IMG/VR virus record: IMGVR_UViG_3300035515_000158
Source: a virus
Lineage: Duplodnaviria > Heunggongvirae > Uroviricota > Caudoviricetes
Length of the DNA stretch: 64,000 nucleotides
Direction: 5' to 3' (one strand)
The notes below the pieces were generated by a model, which saw nothing but the letters and a program-made list of their open reading frames with translations, was not told the origin of the DNA and searched no databases. The position numbers and the translations under genes were made by a program. This document shows, piece after piece, positions 10,662 to 22,027 of the stretch (the stretch's first letter is position 1; each line of letters starts with the position of its first letter).

Positions 10662-13600
10662 TTATGTTCGGAATACATTTCCTAAGTCACGAAAAGATGA
10701 CATAACATCTTTTTTAGTATTTTGTTTACCTAAATCTGTTGAAGTATCTGTCACTTCTGTATCTTGAGGAATCGTCCCTAAATCATTTGTATCTGTTTTT
10801 GATATACTGTCTTCTTCAACTTTACCTAATTGATTAACTGAATTACTAACTTTTGTTTCCTGATTTAGTTTACCAATAGAATTAATATTTGTTATCAATG
10901 TATCAGTTTCTTGTTTTCCAATATTACTTGAAACATTATTTACCTCAACATCATTTTCTAATTGACCCAAATCTGTAATCATTGAATTAACAGTATCATC
11001 AGGTATTACATCTCCGATTTCAGTAATGATTTTTGTAGGTGTTATATTAGATGAACTGGTTTGGCCGATTTCACTAACATTTGATTTATCAGTTTCTGGT
11101 GTAATATTAGTATAACCAATTTCACTAACATTATCTTTTACTTTTACATCATCTTTAATTTGACCAATTTCATCTACAATATCACCTCTAATTGGTGTAC
11201 TAATTTCATTTGGAACTTCTTTTGTCATCTTTTTAACTTCTGTATTAAAATTCATTTGACCGATTTCAGAAACATCATCACCCAAATCTGTTTCATTATT
11301 AGTTACTGTTCCAAGTTCGTTTGTTGTATTTGTTATATTGGTTACATCTTTTAAATTACCCAAATCTAAAACATTATCACCAATTTCAACATCACCTGAT
11401 AAATAACCAATATCATTTATCATCTTTGTTATATCAGTTGAATCATTCAAATCACCCAAACCTGATGTTTCACCTGTAACGAATGACACATCATAATCAC
11501 CATCTATTTCTTTAGGTGTGGATACAACGGCAACAAAGTCATTTAAGTCACCTAAGTCTTTACTCGTTCCTGTTGGTTTTTCTGGACCGTATGGTGAATC
11601 AATATCACTTGTCTTACCATTAACATTAGGTGTGTCATATTGATTACCTAAGTTATTAGTTTGTCCGGATAAATTAACAGTAGATGACAATTCACCAAGG
11701 TCTGTAATATTATCTATAACTTCACCATTACCCTTAACTTTACCTACTTTGTCAGTTGTACCTATAACATCAGTATCCATTCTTATCTCACCAGCATCAT
11801 CAATGATATCAACGGGAGGTACATTTGATGGATAAACAAGACCTAACTCTCTTGCTACACCAGATGCAGGTCTACCAGTGGAAGCGGAAATACCAGCGAC
11901 AAATACATCATTTACATTACCAAGATAACCTTCATAAAATCTATATCTGTCACCAACACCTTCAGTTGCGGATTGCCACCAATAAGACTGATACTCACTT
12001 CCTGTTGGTTTTATTCTTTTATTATCTTTGTATTCAATATTACTGTACTCATTATTTGTTCTATAGTCTCCATTTGATGCTCTTGTATCTGTAAGTGAAT
12101 TTTTTTCATATGTTTGAACACTCGAAGAACTTTGTGAACCAACATAGTTTCTATACAAATCCTCGAATGGTAAGAAGTTAATTACACAGTTTCCATATTT
12201 GAAAGTGAAATTGGTCATTAATCCTTCACCACCTTCCGCATTGTTTATCTCTGAAAATATATTACCTGTTTCACCGGGTACAATTTCACAATCATAAAAT
12301 TTAAATTCAACAACACTAAGATAATTCAAAGCTAATTCAACAATCTTACTTGATGAACTACTATCATCAACACCACTAAATTTATCAGCAATTTGTTTTA
12401 GACTACCTTTAAAGTTTCTAATGTCATGAACATAAATTGAACAGTTAAATCTTCTTAAATTCATAGGAACTCTTTCACGTCTCCATTCCCTATCATACAC
12501 CGCATTGAAATACTTATTGAATGTAGATGATATTTTTAAGTCCAAAGATTCATAACAGGCTATTGAAATTGTATCATCACCAGAACCTCTATATGGATCT
12601 GAAACTTGGAAATATTTTTTGTAAACTTCATCCAATCCAGATACTGTTTGAAATACATATGGATACTCTGTTGTTATCTTTTTGAACCCCGTTATAAACC
12701 CAACCATATCGGTTACAGTTTGTGGTAATGTGTTATCGGAATAATCAACATCTGTAGTTGTTTGTGTATCTGCTGTCTTTATTGTTGATGATGTTGACGT
12801 TGTACTTGTTGTTTCAGTATCATCACTAAGACTATTCAACTGGGCTTTTAATTTTTCAAGTTCTATTTTTTTATTGTTATATTCTGTGGTATATTGTAAA
12901 TCATCTATATCTTCATATGAACTCAATTCATCTTCACAGGACATTTGTATTACTTGTAAATCATGTAAATGGTCATTTCCATCAAGTTTTGCGGTTAATA
13001 ATGTCTGTTTTTGTTCCGTATCAAGTAACTTCCATTTTGATTTATCACCTAAATAAGTATTAGCCAATGTTTGTTTAACACTTTTTTGGTTACTATAATC
13101 ATCAGAAGTAACATCTATTGACGCGTTTGTTGCATTAGTCTTTAAATCGGTATATGTGTTATATATTGAGTTAATACCTTCACCATCTTTATTTAACAAT
13201 GAATCAACAGTATTACTTCGTATTTCACTCAACTGTGATTGATAATTAGATACAAGAGTTTTGAAATCAGATATATTTGAACATGCTGTTTCATAATCAG
13301 ACTTGGCCTTTTCATAAGCATCTACAATTTTTTGTTCATCACCTAATTTTTCATATAGTTCTTGTAATTCTTTTTCTGTGGTTTCAATTTGTTTTTTTAG
13401 TTTATCAACTTCACTTTCTGAACTACTATCTGAAGTTGTAGTTTCAGTTGTTTCATCTTTTATATCATCATCAGCTTCATCTTTAATTTCTTTTGTCCAT
13501 TGAAGACTTGATGCATCCTCATGGAAATTTTTACTAACAGTTCCACTTGTACTATCAACCATATATATATAATCAACCGCACCATAAATTAATTCATCAT

Positions 13601-13976
13601 TATATACATTTTCTTGTAATCCATAACCTATTGATTTAGATGTATCATCAAATGTATCTTTAGATGACATTGATGTTATATAGTCTTCAGTATAAGATGA
13701 ATTTTCATTAATTTTAGTCCATGCTGAGTTTAGACTGGTTTGTATTTGATCAGCCAGACTATCTCCTGTGACTCCACTATATTCATTAACACCTTTAAAT
13801 AGTGGAGAATATAATGTGTCAAGACTTAAAGTAAAACCTGTTAAAATGGGATCTTCTATACCATTATATGTACTACCATCAACAATCTTATTACCAACTT
13901 TATAGAAATTGTTTTTACGATTGCTGTGACCATACAAATAACCATATTGAAGTTCTGTTAAATTATTATCACTCAT
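10662..13976 (-). CDS. Large putative virion structural protein with C-terminal ~16-aa repeats
   Basis: 1104 aa; coiled-coil region and periodic (D/E)(L/I)G repeats; in late operon. Confidence 0.6.
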   Translation of the reverse strand: MSDNNLTELQYGYLYGHSNRKNNFYKVGNKIVDGSTYNGIEDPILTGFTLSLDTLYSPLFKGVNEYSGVTGDSLADQIQTSLNSAWTKINENSSYTEDYITSMSSKDTFDDTSKSIGYGLQENVYNDELIYGAVDYIYMVDSTSGTVSKNFHEDASSLQWTKEIKDEADDDIKDETTETTTSDSSSESEVDKLKKQIETTEKELQELYEKLGDEQKIVDAYEKAKSDYETACSNISDFKTLVSNYQSQLSEIRSNTVDSLLNKDGEGINSIYNTYTDLKTNATNASIDVTSDDYSNQKSVKQTLANTYLGDKSKWKLLDTEQKQTLLTAKLDGNDHLHDLQVIQMSCEDELSSYEDIDDLQYTTEYNNKKIELEKLKAQLNSLSDDTETTSTTSTSSTIKTADTQTTTDVDYSDNTLPQTVTDMVGFITGFKKITTEYPYVFQTVSGLDEVYKKYFQVSDPYRGSGDDTISIACYESLDLKISSTFNKYFNAVYDREWRRERVPMNLRRFNCSIYVHDIRNFKGSLKQIADKFSGVDDSSSSSKIVELALNYLSVVEFKFYDCEIVPGETGNIFSEINNAEGGEGLMTNFTFKYGNCVINFLPFEDLYRNYVGSQSSSSVQTYEKNSLTDTRASNGDYRTNNEYSNIEYKDNKRIKPTGSEYQSYWWQSATEGVGDRYRFYEGYLGNVNDVFVAGISASTGRPASGVARELGLVYPSNVPPVDIIDDAGEIRMDTDVIGTTDKVGKVKGNGEVIDNITDLGELSSTVNLSGQTNNLGNQYDTPNVNGKTSDIDSPYGPEKPTGTSKDLGDLNDFVAVVSTPKEIDGDYDVSFVTGETSGLGDLNDSTDITKMINDIGYLSGDVEIGDNVLDLGNLKDVTNITNTTNELGTVTNNETDLGDDVSEIGQMNFNTEVKKMTKEVPNEISTPIRGDIVDEIGQIKDDVKVKDNVSEIGYTNITPETDKSNVSEIGQTSSSNITPTKIITEIGDVIPDDTVNSMITDLGQLENDVEVNNVSSNIGKQETDTLITNINSIGKLNQETKVSNSVNQLGKVEEDSISKTDTNDLGTIPQDTEVTDTSTDLGKQNTKKDVMSSFRDLGNVFRT

Positions 13977-13993
13977 TATATTTTATATCTTTC

Positions 13994-15892
13994 TTAGTAT
14001 GAAAAATCATCTATACTTTTGAATATATTTTCCGGAAGATTGTCATCCTTATATTTATCAACAGCTAACTTTGCGGTTTTATACTCATCTTTATATAGAG
14101 GTTTACGTTCAATTCGATTAAGTGTTAAAACAGTTTTCATATTTGTATCATATTGACTATAAATGATTTTCATCTCTGTAACAACATACCATCCAGATAA
14201 ACTACGATTATAATTACCTCTTGGAAAGTTTTCATTGTTTGATGATGTTTTGTACACTTGTTCACCTTCAGAATTAGTGGTCACATATTTTCTTTTTGAT
14301 TGACCTTCATCTTCATAGTATATAATATTCTCATTTATCTTTTGTTTTAACTTTTTCCAATCATTTGTTTCTTCAGAAGTTGAATTTGTGTAGTTTGTAT
14401 CCGGTTTAATATTCTGTGTTGATTGACTATTCATGTCATATATGTCAACCCATATTCTACTGAACTTTGTAATTGCAGGGTTATAGTTTTGTAATGTTAC
14501 TCTTAATCCACATTTCTTCAAACATTTCATTTGATAATCATTCTGAGCATTAGCGAAGTAATACTGTTTGAACATATTAGATGTATCAACTTCTCCAAAA
14601 TTAACAAAGGATTCAACCTCAGACATCTTATCAATACTTGTCACTTCTGAGTTCTGATAATCTGAATTGTTTATCTGCATCAAATTAATTGGAATATATG
14701 TAGATTGTGTAACTTCATCAGGTAGAGGATTTATTATCTGTGTTGTCGAATCCCTTTCTAAGTTATCAATAGGTGCAATAACAAACTCATAATTTGAACC
14801 CCATCCACCACTATTTGTATCTGAATAAGTAACGTGTTTCCTATATCCATCACTCATAGATGAATATCCATCACTTATTTCATTATAAGATTCAATGTAA
14901 TTAGTCCAACCATGAAAATAACTATCATTAGAAATAAAATAATAACTTACTTTTTGTGTTGGGTTTTTATAATTACTATCTCTCGAATCAACAGAAATTT
15001 GGTCAGTTGTTGATTTATTCTTACCTTCATTTGATGACTTATCTACACTTGGTTCTTCATCTTGTTGGTAATTAGAATATATCATACCCGGAGTGTCTGT
15101 CTTAGAACCACCATGTGATAAAAGACTATGACATTCTACGAAATTTAATACATAATACTGATCAACAAATGCCGTGAAAAATGTATTGGGAGAATAACAG
15201 GCATGATTGGCAATTTCTCTCATGAAGTCAAAATATGTTGTTCCCAAAGCATTTTCCCACTTCATTTCATCAATAGTTGTGAATGTAAAATTGGTAGAAA
15301 AACCAAGACCTGTATATACCGCCAAGTTAAATAATTCCTGCATAGATGTTGCTGGATAATTACTCCATGATTCTTTTCTGTAACCCATTGGAACATTTAA
15401 GGTGGCTGATACTCTATAATGCATAAAATCACCTTGGTTCTGATTACCTGAATTTAGTTTCTTAATATCAGTAATCATAAAATCTTGTCTAATTGGTTTG
15501 TAGTATAGTTCATCACCAAGACCACCAACATAAACTTTTAATATAGAACCATCCTTTAATGAATTTGTAGATAACATTCTATTATCAGTATCTACAAATT
15601 CAACCATCGCAGTGGGAATGAAACTATTATAATCCAAAAAGAAATCAGTTATTGAATGTTGGTCAATCATTTGAGAATTGATAGAAACCAAAGGCAATCT
15701 GAATGACATACGATCTGGAATCGCATTAGAGATTAGTTTGTCTTTCTTTTGAATGACAAACTCAGTAACACTAAGTGCTGGTTCCAACAACTGAACAGAA
15801 TTGATGTCTTTCGCTTCCAAATTAATGTAACGATTATTATCATCAACACCATTCAGTGGAAAAATTGTACTATATATTTCATTTAAATCCAT
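13994..15892 (-). CDS. Putative baseplate hub protein (gp27/gpD-like)
   Basis: 632 aa; C-terminal SLSGWYVVTEMKIIY typical of hub proteins; structural operon context. Confidence 0.5.
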   Translation of the reverse strand: MDLNEIYSTIFPLNGVDDNNRYINLEAKDINSVQLLEPALSVTEFVIQKKDKLISNAIPDRMSFRLPLVSINSQMIDQHSITDFFLDYNSFIPTAMVEFVDTDNRMLSTNSLKDGSILKVYVGGLGDELYYKPIRQDFMITDIKKLNSGNQNQGDFMHYRVSATLNVPMGYRKESWSNYPATSMQELFNLAVYTGLGFSTNFTFTTIDEMKWENALGTTYFDFMREIANHACYSPNTFFTAFVDQYYVLNFVECHSLLSHGGSKTDTPGMIYSNYQQDEEPSVDKSSNEGKNKSTTDQISVDSRDSNYKNPTQKVSYYFISNDSYFHGWTNYIESYNEISDGYSSMSDGYRKHVTYSDTNSGGWGSNYEFVIAPIDNLERDSTTQIINPLPDEVTQSTYIPINLMQINNSDYQNSEVTSIDKMSEVESFVNFGEVDTSNMFKQYYFANAQNDYQMKCLKKCGLRVTLQNYNPAITKFSRIWVDIYDMNSQSTQNIKPDTNYTNSTSEETNDWKKLKQKINENIIYYEDEGQSKRKYVTTNSEGEQVYKTSSNNENFPRGNYNRSLSGWYVVTEMKIIYSQYDTNMKTVLTLNRIERKPLYKDEYKTAKLAVDKYKDDNLPENIFKSIDDFSY

Positions 15893-18882
15893 TAACTAAC
15901 TCTATATAATTTATCATTAACTCTCACATAATCACCCTTAGTGAGCCATTTACCTTTTACGAAAACTAATCGTTGTACACCATCTATTGTGACTTTAACA
16001 ACACTACCATTTTCAGACACTTGATGTAAAGAACAAGTTGAGTTTAGTGCATCATTGATTATATCATTTCCACTTCCATCTCCATTTCCACTTCCATCTC
16101 CGTTTCCACTTCCATCTCCGTTTCCACTTCCATCTCCGTTTCCACTTCCATCTCCGTTTCCACTTAGACTACTTCCTCCTTCACCATCAATACTTCCATC
16201 AGGTAATTTAATTCGGTCCCAGTTATCTACATTATCAACATCATCTTCATACCAATAAAATATATCATATACAGATACCGATGTTTCATCATCATCTCTA
16301 TTTTGGATACCTTGAGATATCATAGTACCATCAGTATTAAGTTTAGCGACACCCAAATTTTTTATAATAGTTGTCGCCCAGTTTCTATTACTGGTTTTAT
16401 ATGCATTACTTAAATATGAATTATATCTTGTCTGTAATCTACTATATAACTTATAATTATTATATTTTGCTTGTAAACTACCTATTACATTATCTGAAGC
16501 TGTATATTTACCATTTTTAGATACATAGTCAGCTAAGAAATCCAAATCAGGATGAAAATATGTCCATTTAATAACATTGGTTGGGTCTTTATATCCACTA
16601 CTATCTCTATCGAATAATACTGAACGATATGCAATAATTTTTTCTGTTGATAATTCTTCAAGTTTATCTCTGGTTTCTTCGAGACTTGTTCTTAAATTAT
16701 CTGAATTATATACATAGCCATCATAATTTAAATCATTTTTAGTAGTTACTGTCTTGTACTCACCATTGATACCATAAGATACATAATATCCACTTAAATC
16801 ACTAAGGTTATTCAAACTTAAATTATATGATGTTCCACCATTTAACATATTCAAAATTGCACTATAATTATTGGTAATATATGAATATGAATCTATGGAC
16901 TTATCACTATCTTCAAAATCATATAATTGTTCGATCACTTCATTTAAGTCATCCAGATATTGTTGATATGTTTTTGTTTGACCTAAATAAATTGGTTGTA
17001 AATTACCTTCAAGACCTCCACAGGCATCATCAACAGCATTTGAAAATGTAGTTGCCATCTCAGATACTGTACTAATAATCTTATCAACACCCAATAAAGA
17101 CATTAATTGTGATATAATCTCTTTAAGTTTGTTTATACCATTTAATATCATTCTTGCCAACTTATAAATGTCAAAAATTATATTATTTACACATTTTAAT
17201 ATATCAGCAAGTATTTTTAATATACATTTAATATCAACAATGAAAGATACTATATTATGAACAAAGTTTGACACCGCCAGACCAAAACAATATGGTAGTA
17301 CCGCCTTTGATGAACTACTTACAACTTGTGGTGGTAGGTCAGTTGTACATAATTGAACAATTCTATCACAGTTGTAGTCAATATCATCACAAATATCTTC
17401 TACTTCTTGATCTCCCGGACCACCACCCCTAAAGAATGTTTTGACATCACTTATTGCAGTTTTATATTGTTGTATCTTTTGATTCCAAGCTTCTTTTAGT
17501 TTCTTGGCTATTCTTTCACATTCTTCTTTTATCTTATCTAATTCTTCTAAAACAACATCTTTTAATTTCTTAGCAGTCTTTGCATTCTTCGCCTGTTTCT
17601 TTTTCTTCTTAATCTCATTTATAACAGATTTCATATTTTGTCTTTCCTGTTTAGACATATTTCTATAAAATTCTGCACTGGCGTTAAGATATGCTTTATC
17701 CTCAGCAACAGACATTTTTGAGGTTAATGAATTAGAACCTTTCTTTTGATTATATAGTTCTTCTCTTTGTTCTTTAAGATATGTTTCAAAACTTTTTTTC
17801 AACTCATTATACTTAGAAGGATCAATTTCAACTAAGTCATCCCAACTAACATTCTTGTCCGGATTTAATTCTGATGTCGGTTTAGTAATAAAATCAGACA
17901 CCATTTTTTCCAAATTAATAGGAGGTAAAGTATTCAGTCCAGTCTTAATTAGAATTGAATTAGTAACAACTGCCATGAAAGCCTTGAAAACTTTTGTTAT
18001 ACTAAAGTTTGCAAGGAGGTTATCTATTGTTCCTGTTATCGCGGTTGTGGTAGTTGTTATTAATGTGTTACCTTCGGTTGTCGTAGTCGTACTTGTAGTT
18101 GTACTTAATGATGTCATTCCAAACGCATCATCAATATCTTTACACATCTTATCAACATATTCTTTCAGTTTACTAATTAAAGTTGCAATAGTATTAGAAA
18201 CTTTATTAACTGAATCTGTTGCTGATGTTATTTTACCTGTTATCTTATTCTCAGCATCTACCACTGAAGTCAAAGCCGATGTCAGAGCATTATGTTTACC
18301 TTCTACTGTTGTTGCATTATTATAATTACTAACACCATTTTTTATATCCAATGATGTTTCTGTAACTACCTTTTGACTTAAATTTGAAATATAATTACCA
18401 TATTTAGAAAATGATGAAGCAGACATTGTTGATACATCTACATTCACATCCATTGTTGATAATGTTGCACCAATCGCTAATGTAGTTTCAACTGTTCCTA
18501 ATGTATTCGACACCATTGATTGTGTAAAGTTTTCAAGTTTAGAGGCACTATCTGTAATTGAACTTGCGATAGAATTTAACTGCATATTGAAATAATCAAG
18601 TGGAACATTAGAATAACCATCAAGAACCTTATTAATATCTTTTTGAAATTGTTGAACTAATCCACATAGATACACAATGTCACTCACCAACTGATTAGCA
18701 AAATCCTTTGGTGTAGGTAATAAATCCACAAATCTGGCAACCTGAGCGACTCTACACATAACCTTAATGGTTCTTCGCATAGATTTCTTCACATACTTAC
18801 CATCACCATCTGTACTTGATGTTTTATTATCGGAAGAATCTGTAGCACTCGCGGTTTCTATTATTCCTGTATCGTCAGCCAT
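15892..18882 (-). CDS. Large hypothetical (probably structural) protein
   Basis: 996 aa; helical N-terminal half, GSGNGD linker near C-terminus. Confidence 0.6.
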   Translation of the reverse strand: MADDTGIIETASATDSSDNKTSSTDGDGKYVKKSMRRTIKVMCRVAQVARFVDLLPTPKDFANQLVSDIVYLCGLVQQFQKDINKVLDGYSNVPLDYFNMQLNSIASSITDSASKLENFTQSMVSNTLGTVETTLAIGATLSTMDVNVDVSTMSASSFSKYGNYISNLSQKVVTETSLDIKNGVSNYNNATTVEGKHNALTSALTSVVDAENKITGKITSATDSVNKVSNTIATLISKLKEYVDKMCKDIDDAFGMTSLSTTTSTTTTTEGNTLITTTTTAITGTIDNLLANFSITKVFKAFMAVVTNSILIKTGLNTLPPINLEKMVSDFITKPTSELNPDKNVSWDDLVEIDPSKYNELKKSFETYLKEQREELYNQKKGSNSLTSKMSVAEDKAYLNASAEFYRNMSKQERQNMKSVINEIKKKKKQAKNAKTAKKLKDVVLEELDKIKEECERIAKKLKEAWNQKIQQYKTAISDVKTFFRGGGPGDQEVEDICDDIDYNCDRIVQLCTTDLPPQVVSSSSKAVLPYCFGLAVSNFVHNIVSFIVDIKCILKILADILKCVNNIIFDIYKLARMILNGINKLKEIISQLMSLLGVDKIISTVSEMATTFSNAVDDACGGLEGNLQPIYLGQTKTYQQYLDDLNEVIEQLYDFEDSDKSIDSYSYITNNYSAILNMLNGGTSYNLSLNNLSDLSGYYVSYGINGEYKTVTTKNDLNYDGYVYNSDNLRTSLEETRDKLEELSTEKIIAYRSVLFDRDSSGYKDPTNVIKWTYFHPDLDFLADYVSKNGKYTASDNVIGSLQAKYNNYKLYSRLQTRYNSYLSNAYKTSNRNWATTIIKNLGVAKLNTDGTMISQGIQNRDDDETSVSVYDIFYWYEDDVDNVDNWDRIKLPDGSIDGEGGSSLSGNGDGSGNGDGSGNGDGSGNGDGSGNGDGSGNDIINDALNSTCSLHQVSENGSVVKVTIDGVQRLVFVKGKWLTKGDYVRVNDKLYRVS
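16067..16165. repeat. 18-bp tandem repeat (~5.5 copies) encoding GSGNGD
   Basis: Repeated TTTCCACTTCCATCTCCG. Confidence 0.9.
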
Positions 18883-18884
18883 TA

Positions 18885-20792
18885 TTAACTATATTTGTTA
18901 TTAAGTAGTATTTCACTCTGAGCATTATCAATTATCAGAGTATTGTGGTTATCATCAACAATAAGTTGACTTAAAATTAGATTATGTTTTTCTTCTTCAC
19001 ATAATTTAGACCATAATCTAAAGTTTGTTAATTTCATATTACAAGTCATTAAATCATAACAACAGGTTTCACCTAAATCAAAATTACCTAAATCATTAGA
19101 TGTTCTACCTATTAATGATAATGATGTATGTACGTTTTCAGTTTCTTCTGAACCTTTGATTTCATATAACCAGATATTTGACATTCCTCCTTTTAATCCC
19201 ATCATAAGAATATACCATTTATTTTCAAAACCAGAGAAACCATCAAATTCATAATCATAGTATTGACCATTCAAATTCAAAAGTATCTTATTGTAAATTT
19301 GAGTTAATGAGAACATACTATTTGTATCATCAGTTATATTAAACATGGTATTCACATCATATCCAATTAACTTAGCACAACTTAACATCCTTGTCTTAGA
19401 GGTAATTGTTCCTTCAACTTCAATAGTTTTATCACTCTTGTTTACTGATATGATTTTTTTGAAACCATTAAAGTCATTAACCCTAAATAGATTTACATAA
19501 TTACCAACTTTAAGTAAACCATTCCAACCTTTAACTGTGATTTTTACACCGCCAACATCACCTTTGGAAATGTTACTAATCATTATATTGTCAGAAACAT
19601 TTGAAGATGTATTATTTGGTTTGAAAATAAAACTAATCATTCTTTCATCAGTCGAACTAAAACCTGTTGTGTATTTATATTCAACTGCTTTCTGATTAGG
19701 TTCTACTGTTGAAAGGTCATAATAACTGTCTGCTATGATAGTCCAATCATTATATATCTTTTCATCTCGTATTCTAACATTGGGTTCTAAATATCTTCTC
19801 AATCTATCTTGTCCTTCTAACCAATCACCCATAGGATTTAATTGACTATCTTTTCTATTGTTGGCAATTTCTTCATCCATTTCATCTTTGAATTTACCTT
19901 CGGCTGAGAAAATTAAGGTTTCAGTGTCCTCTTGTAAATCATCATCACCAAATTTTACAGAACTCATTTCTTGATATGGAACAAGACTTACTCTCCAATA
20001 TGTACCAGTGTAACCAAAATCATCAGGGTCAGAAACCGCATCAACCATATACATCTTATTCATATATGTTTGAAAGTAAAGATAATCATGGGGGTCCGGG
20101 TGGGAGTCTGTTCCGAATACCTTTTGAAATTCTGATTTGACAATGTGAATCTCAAATTGAACAGGATAATCAATCATCATAGTATTGAACTGTAATTCTC
20201 TACTTGGGAGTTGATTGTCCGGAACTAATATCTTTATGTTCTGTTTATCAATGACGTGTTCTATACTATACTCCTTCAATACAACATCTCTACTTCTTGA
20301 GTTTGGTTCAGTCTTAAAATACAAAACACAAAGTCCAAACATATTACTAACGAGTGTTGACATCTGACTATAAAAAGAATATCCAGAACCAATCGAATAA
20401 GGATTAAATAAATTACTACTCGATTGACTATATACCAATGAAGGAGTTGAATATCTGTTATTATTTACCAATGTCCAATAACAATCTGGAATTGACTTTT
20501 CTTGACTACTTGAATCAAAATCCAGTGATATAGATTCAACCGATAACTTACCTTCTCCAACTTGTGTAAAACGATATTGAATATATAAATTACCTCCACT
20601 TGTCACTACATTAGACAGATTTTTATTTGAAAGTTCTCTGTAATCACTCCAAAGGATATTATCAGTTGAATACCTAAACTCTTTCTTATAATAACACAAT
20701 TCGGTTTCACCCTTTATTTCACAGGTGTAACCAAATATGTTTTTTATATCTGTATATGTAATTATATTTGACTCAATATATTTCTTAGCCAT
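18885..20792 (-). CDS. Neck protein (T4 gp14-like) with C-terminal beta-sandwich extension
   Basis: FQKVFG...PDPHDYLYF...MYMVDAV...YWRVSLVPY resembles gp14 core; CATAAATA at 20817-20824. Confidence 0.5.
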   Translation of the reverse strand: MAKKYIESNIITYTDIKNIFGYTCEIKGETELCYYKKEFRYSTDNILWSDYRELSNKNLSNVVTSGGNLYIQYRFTQVGEGKLSVESISLDFDSSSQEKSIPDCYWTLVNNNRYSTPSLVYSQSSSNLFNPYSIGSGYSFYSQMSTLVSNMFGLCVLYFKTEPNSRSRDVVLKEYSIEHVIDKQNIKILVPDNQLPSRELQFNTMMIDYPVQFEIHIVKSEFQKVFGTDSHPDPHDYLYFQTYMNKMYMVDAVSDPDDFGYTGTYWRVSLVPYQEMSSVKFGDDDLQEDTETLIFSAEGKFKDEMDEEIANNRKDSQLNPMGDWLEGQDRLRRYLEPNVRIRDEKIYNDWTIIADSYYDLSTVEPNQKAVEYKYTTGFSSTDERMISFIFKPNNTSSNVSDNIMISNISKGDVGGVKITVKGWNGLLKVGNYVNLFRVNDFNGFKKIISVNKSDKTIEVEGTITSKTRMLSCAKLIGYDVNTMFNITDDTNSMFSLTQIYNKILLNLNGQYYDYEFDGFSGFENKWYILMMGLKGGMSNIWLYEIKGSEETENVHTSLSLIGRTSNDLGNFDLGETCCYDLMTCNMKLTNFRLWSKLCEEEKHNLILSQLIVDDNHNTLIIDNAQSEILLNNKYS

Positions 20793-20827
20793 CTTTAATA
20801 ACCAGACTGTATAAGTTATTTATGGTG

Positions 20828-20864
20828 AAAAAGAAAAGTGGAACTGTTTTTACAATTCCACTTT
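20828..20864 (-). terminator. Intrinsic terminator
   Basis: AAAGTGGAA/TTCCACTTT stem with T tract on minus strand. Confidence 0.7.
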
Positions 20865-21401
20865 CATGTCAAACTTCTGAAATAAATCACCAAAACCAAT
20901 TTTTTCAACTCGTTTCAAGAACATATCTTTTTGGTTTTCAAAGATGGGAGTCGTGCTCAAAAAACTACGACTTGTTAATTGAAACAATCTTCGGTAATGG
21001 TAATTTATTATATACTTGACAAATCTACAATATAAATCTTTTAAACTTTCTTTATCTAATGTTAAATAGTTACTCTCCATAAAAAATGGTTTATCAGTCA
21101 AATATGTGAGTAATTCTGTTTTATTATTCATATTACCCAACACTGTTCCTGTAATTAAACTATTTCTGGCTACCTGACTACTGGTTCTCAATGTCATATG
21201 AACCCTTACATTACCAAGATGTTCTTTTATATATTCAAAATCCGTTTCAAATATATCTCTAATCTTCACTCGATAATCAACCCTATTATTGTGTGTGTAT
21301 TTCTCCAAAATGATAACTTTAATAGGGAGTAAAAATTCTGGATCATTCGTCGCTGTCAATAAACCATAAACTTCTGTTCCAACATTATAAGTTCTAACCA
21401 T
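20850..21401 (-). CDS. Hypothetical protein
   Basis: 183 aa ORF in operon. Confidence 0.7.
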   Translation of the reverse strand: MVRTYNVGTEVYGLLTATNDPEFLLPIKVIILEKYTHNNRVDYRVKIRDIFETDFEYIKEHLGNVRVHMTLRTSSQVARNSLITGTVLGNMNNKTELLTYLTDKPFFMESNYLTLDKESLKDLYCRFVKYIINYHYRRLFQLTSRSFLSTTPIFENQKDMFLKRVEKIGFGDLFQKFDMKVEL

Positions 21402-21406
21402 AGTAA

Positions 21407-22027
21407 TTATTTCTTATCATCAATCGTTGACCGGATAATTCTCATCAAGTCTTTTTGATTATTTGACTTATATCCATTTGATATTTCAGATGCTGTTGTT
21501 GAATCTGATACATTCAAAGTAGTATCTCTATCAAGTGACAATTTTTCATACTCATTCTCTGCATTCATTATATAGTTAGTTTGTGTCTTTACCAACTCAA
21601 TGAATGTCCTTTGTAGGTTTCCAAGAGCATCAAACATCTTAGGACTAACTTCTCCTAATTCTATATTTTCCATCAGTACATTAATCGCTCTTTCACTCAC
21701 TTCCATCTGATTCATGATTTTTCCCAAGGTCATAGAATCCATATTAACCTTAGCTTGCACATATTCGGATTTTGTAATAAACCCATCAGATAGGTATAGT
21801 TTCAAAAGTGTTGTCATTACCCTCTCAGCCTTAGCCTTACATTTATCCAACACATTATTTTCTTGTGTTGTTAATGTGGATGGTGTTTTCTGAAAGACCA
21901 ATGTTTCTGCATCTATATCTTCACCTACAGTTATATCATTTTGTTCAAACAAGTCCGTAATACTATCTCTAATGATGTCCTTTTGTTCATCACTCGGACT
22001 TGGTGTTTCTTTCTTTTTCCTTGGCAT
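21407..22027 (-). CDS. Possible terminase small subunit (gp16-like)
   Basis: Helical 206 aa; EVSPKMFDALGNLQRT resembles the gp16 PR.xE.(L/A) helix. Confidence 0.4.
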   Translation of the reverse strand: MPRKKKETPSPSDEQKDIIRDSITDLFEQNDITVGEDIDAETLVFQKTPSTLTTQENNVLDKCKAKAERVMTTLLKLYLSDGFITKSEYVQAKVNMDSMTLGKIMNQMEVSERAINVLMENIELGEVSPKMFDALGNLQRTFIELVKTQTNYIMNAENEYEKLSLDRDTTLNVSDSTTASEISNGYKSNNQKDLMRIIRSTIDDKK

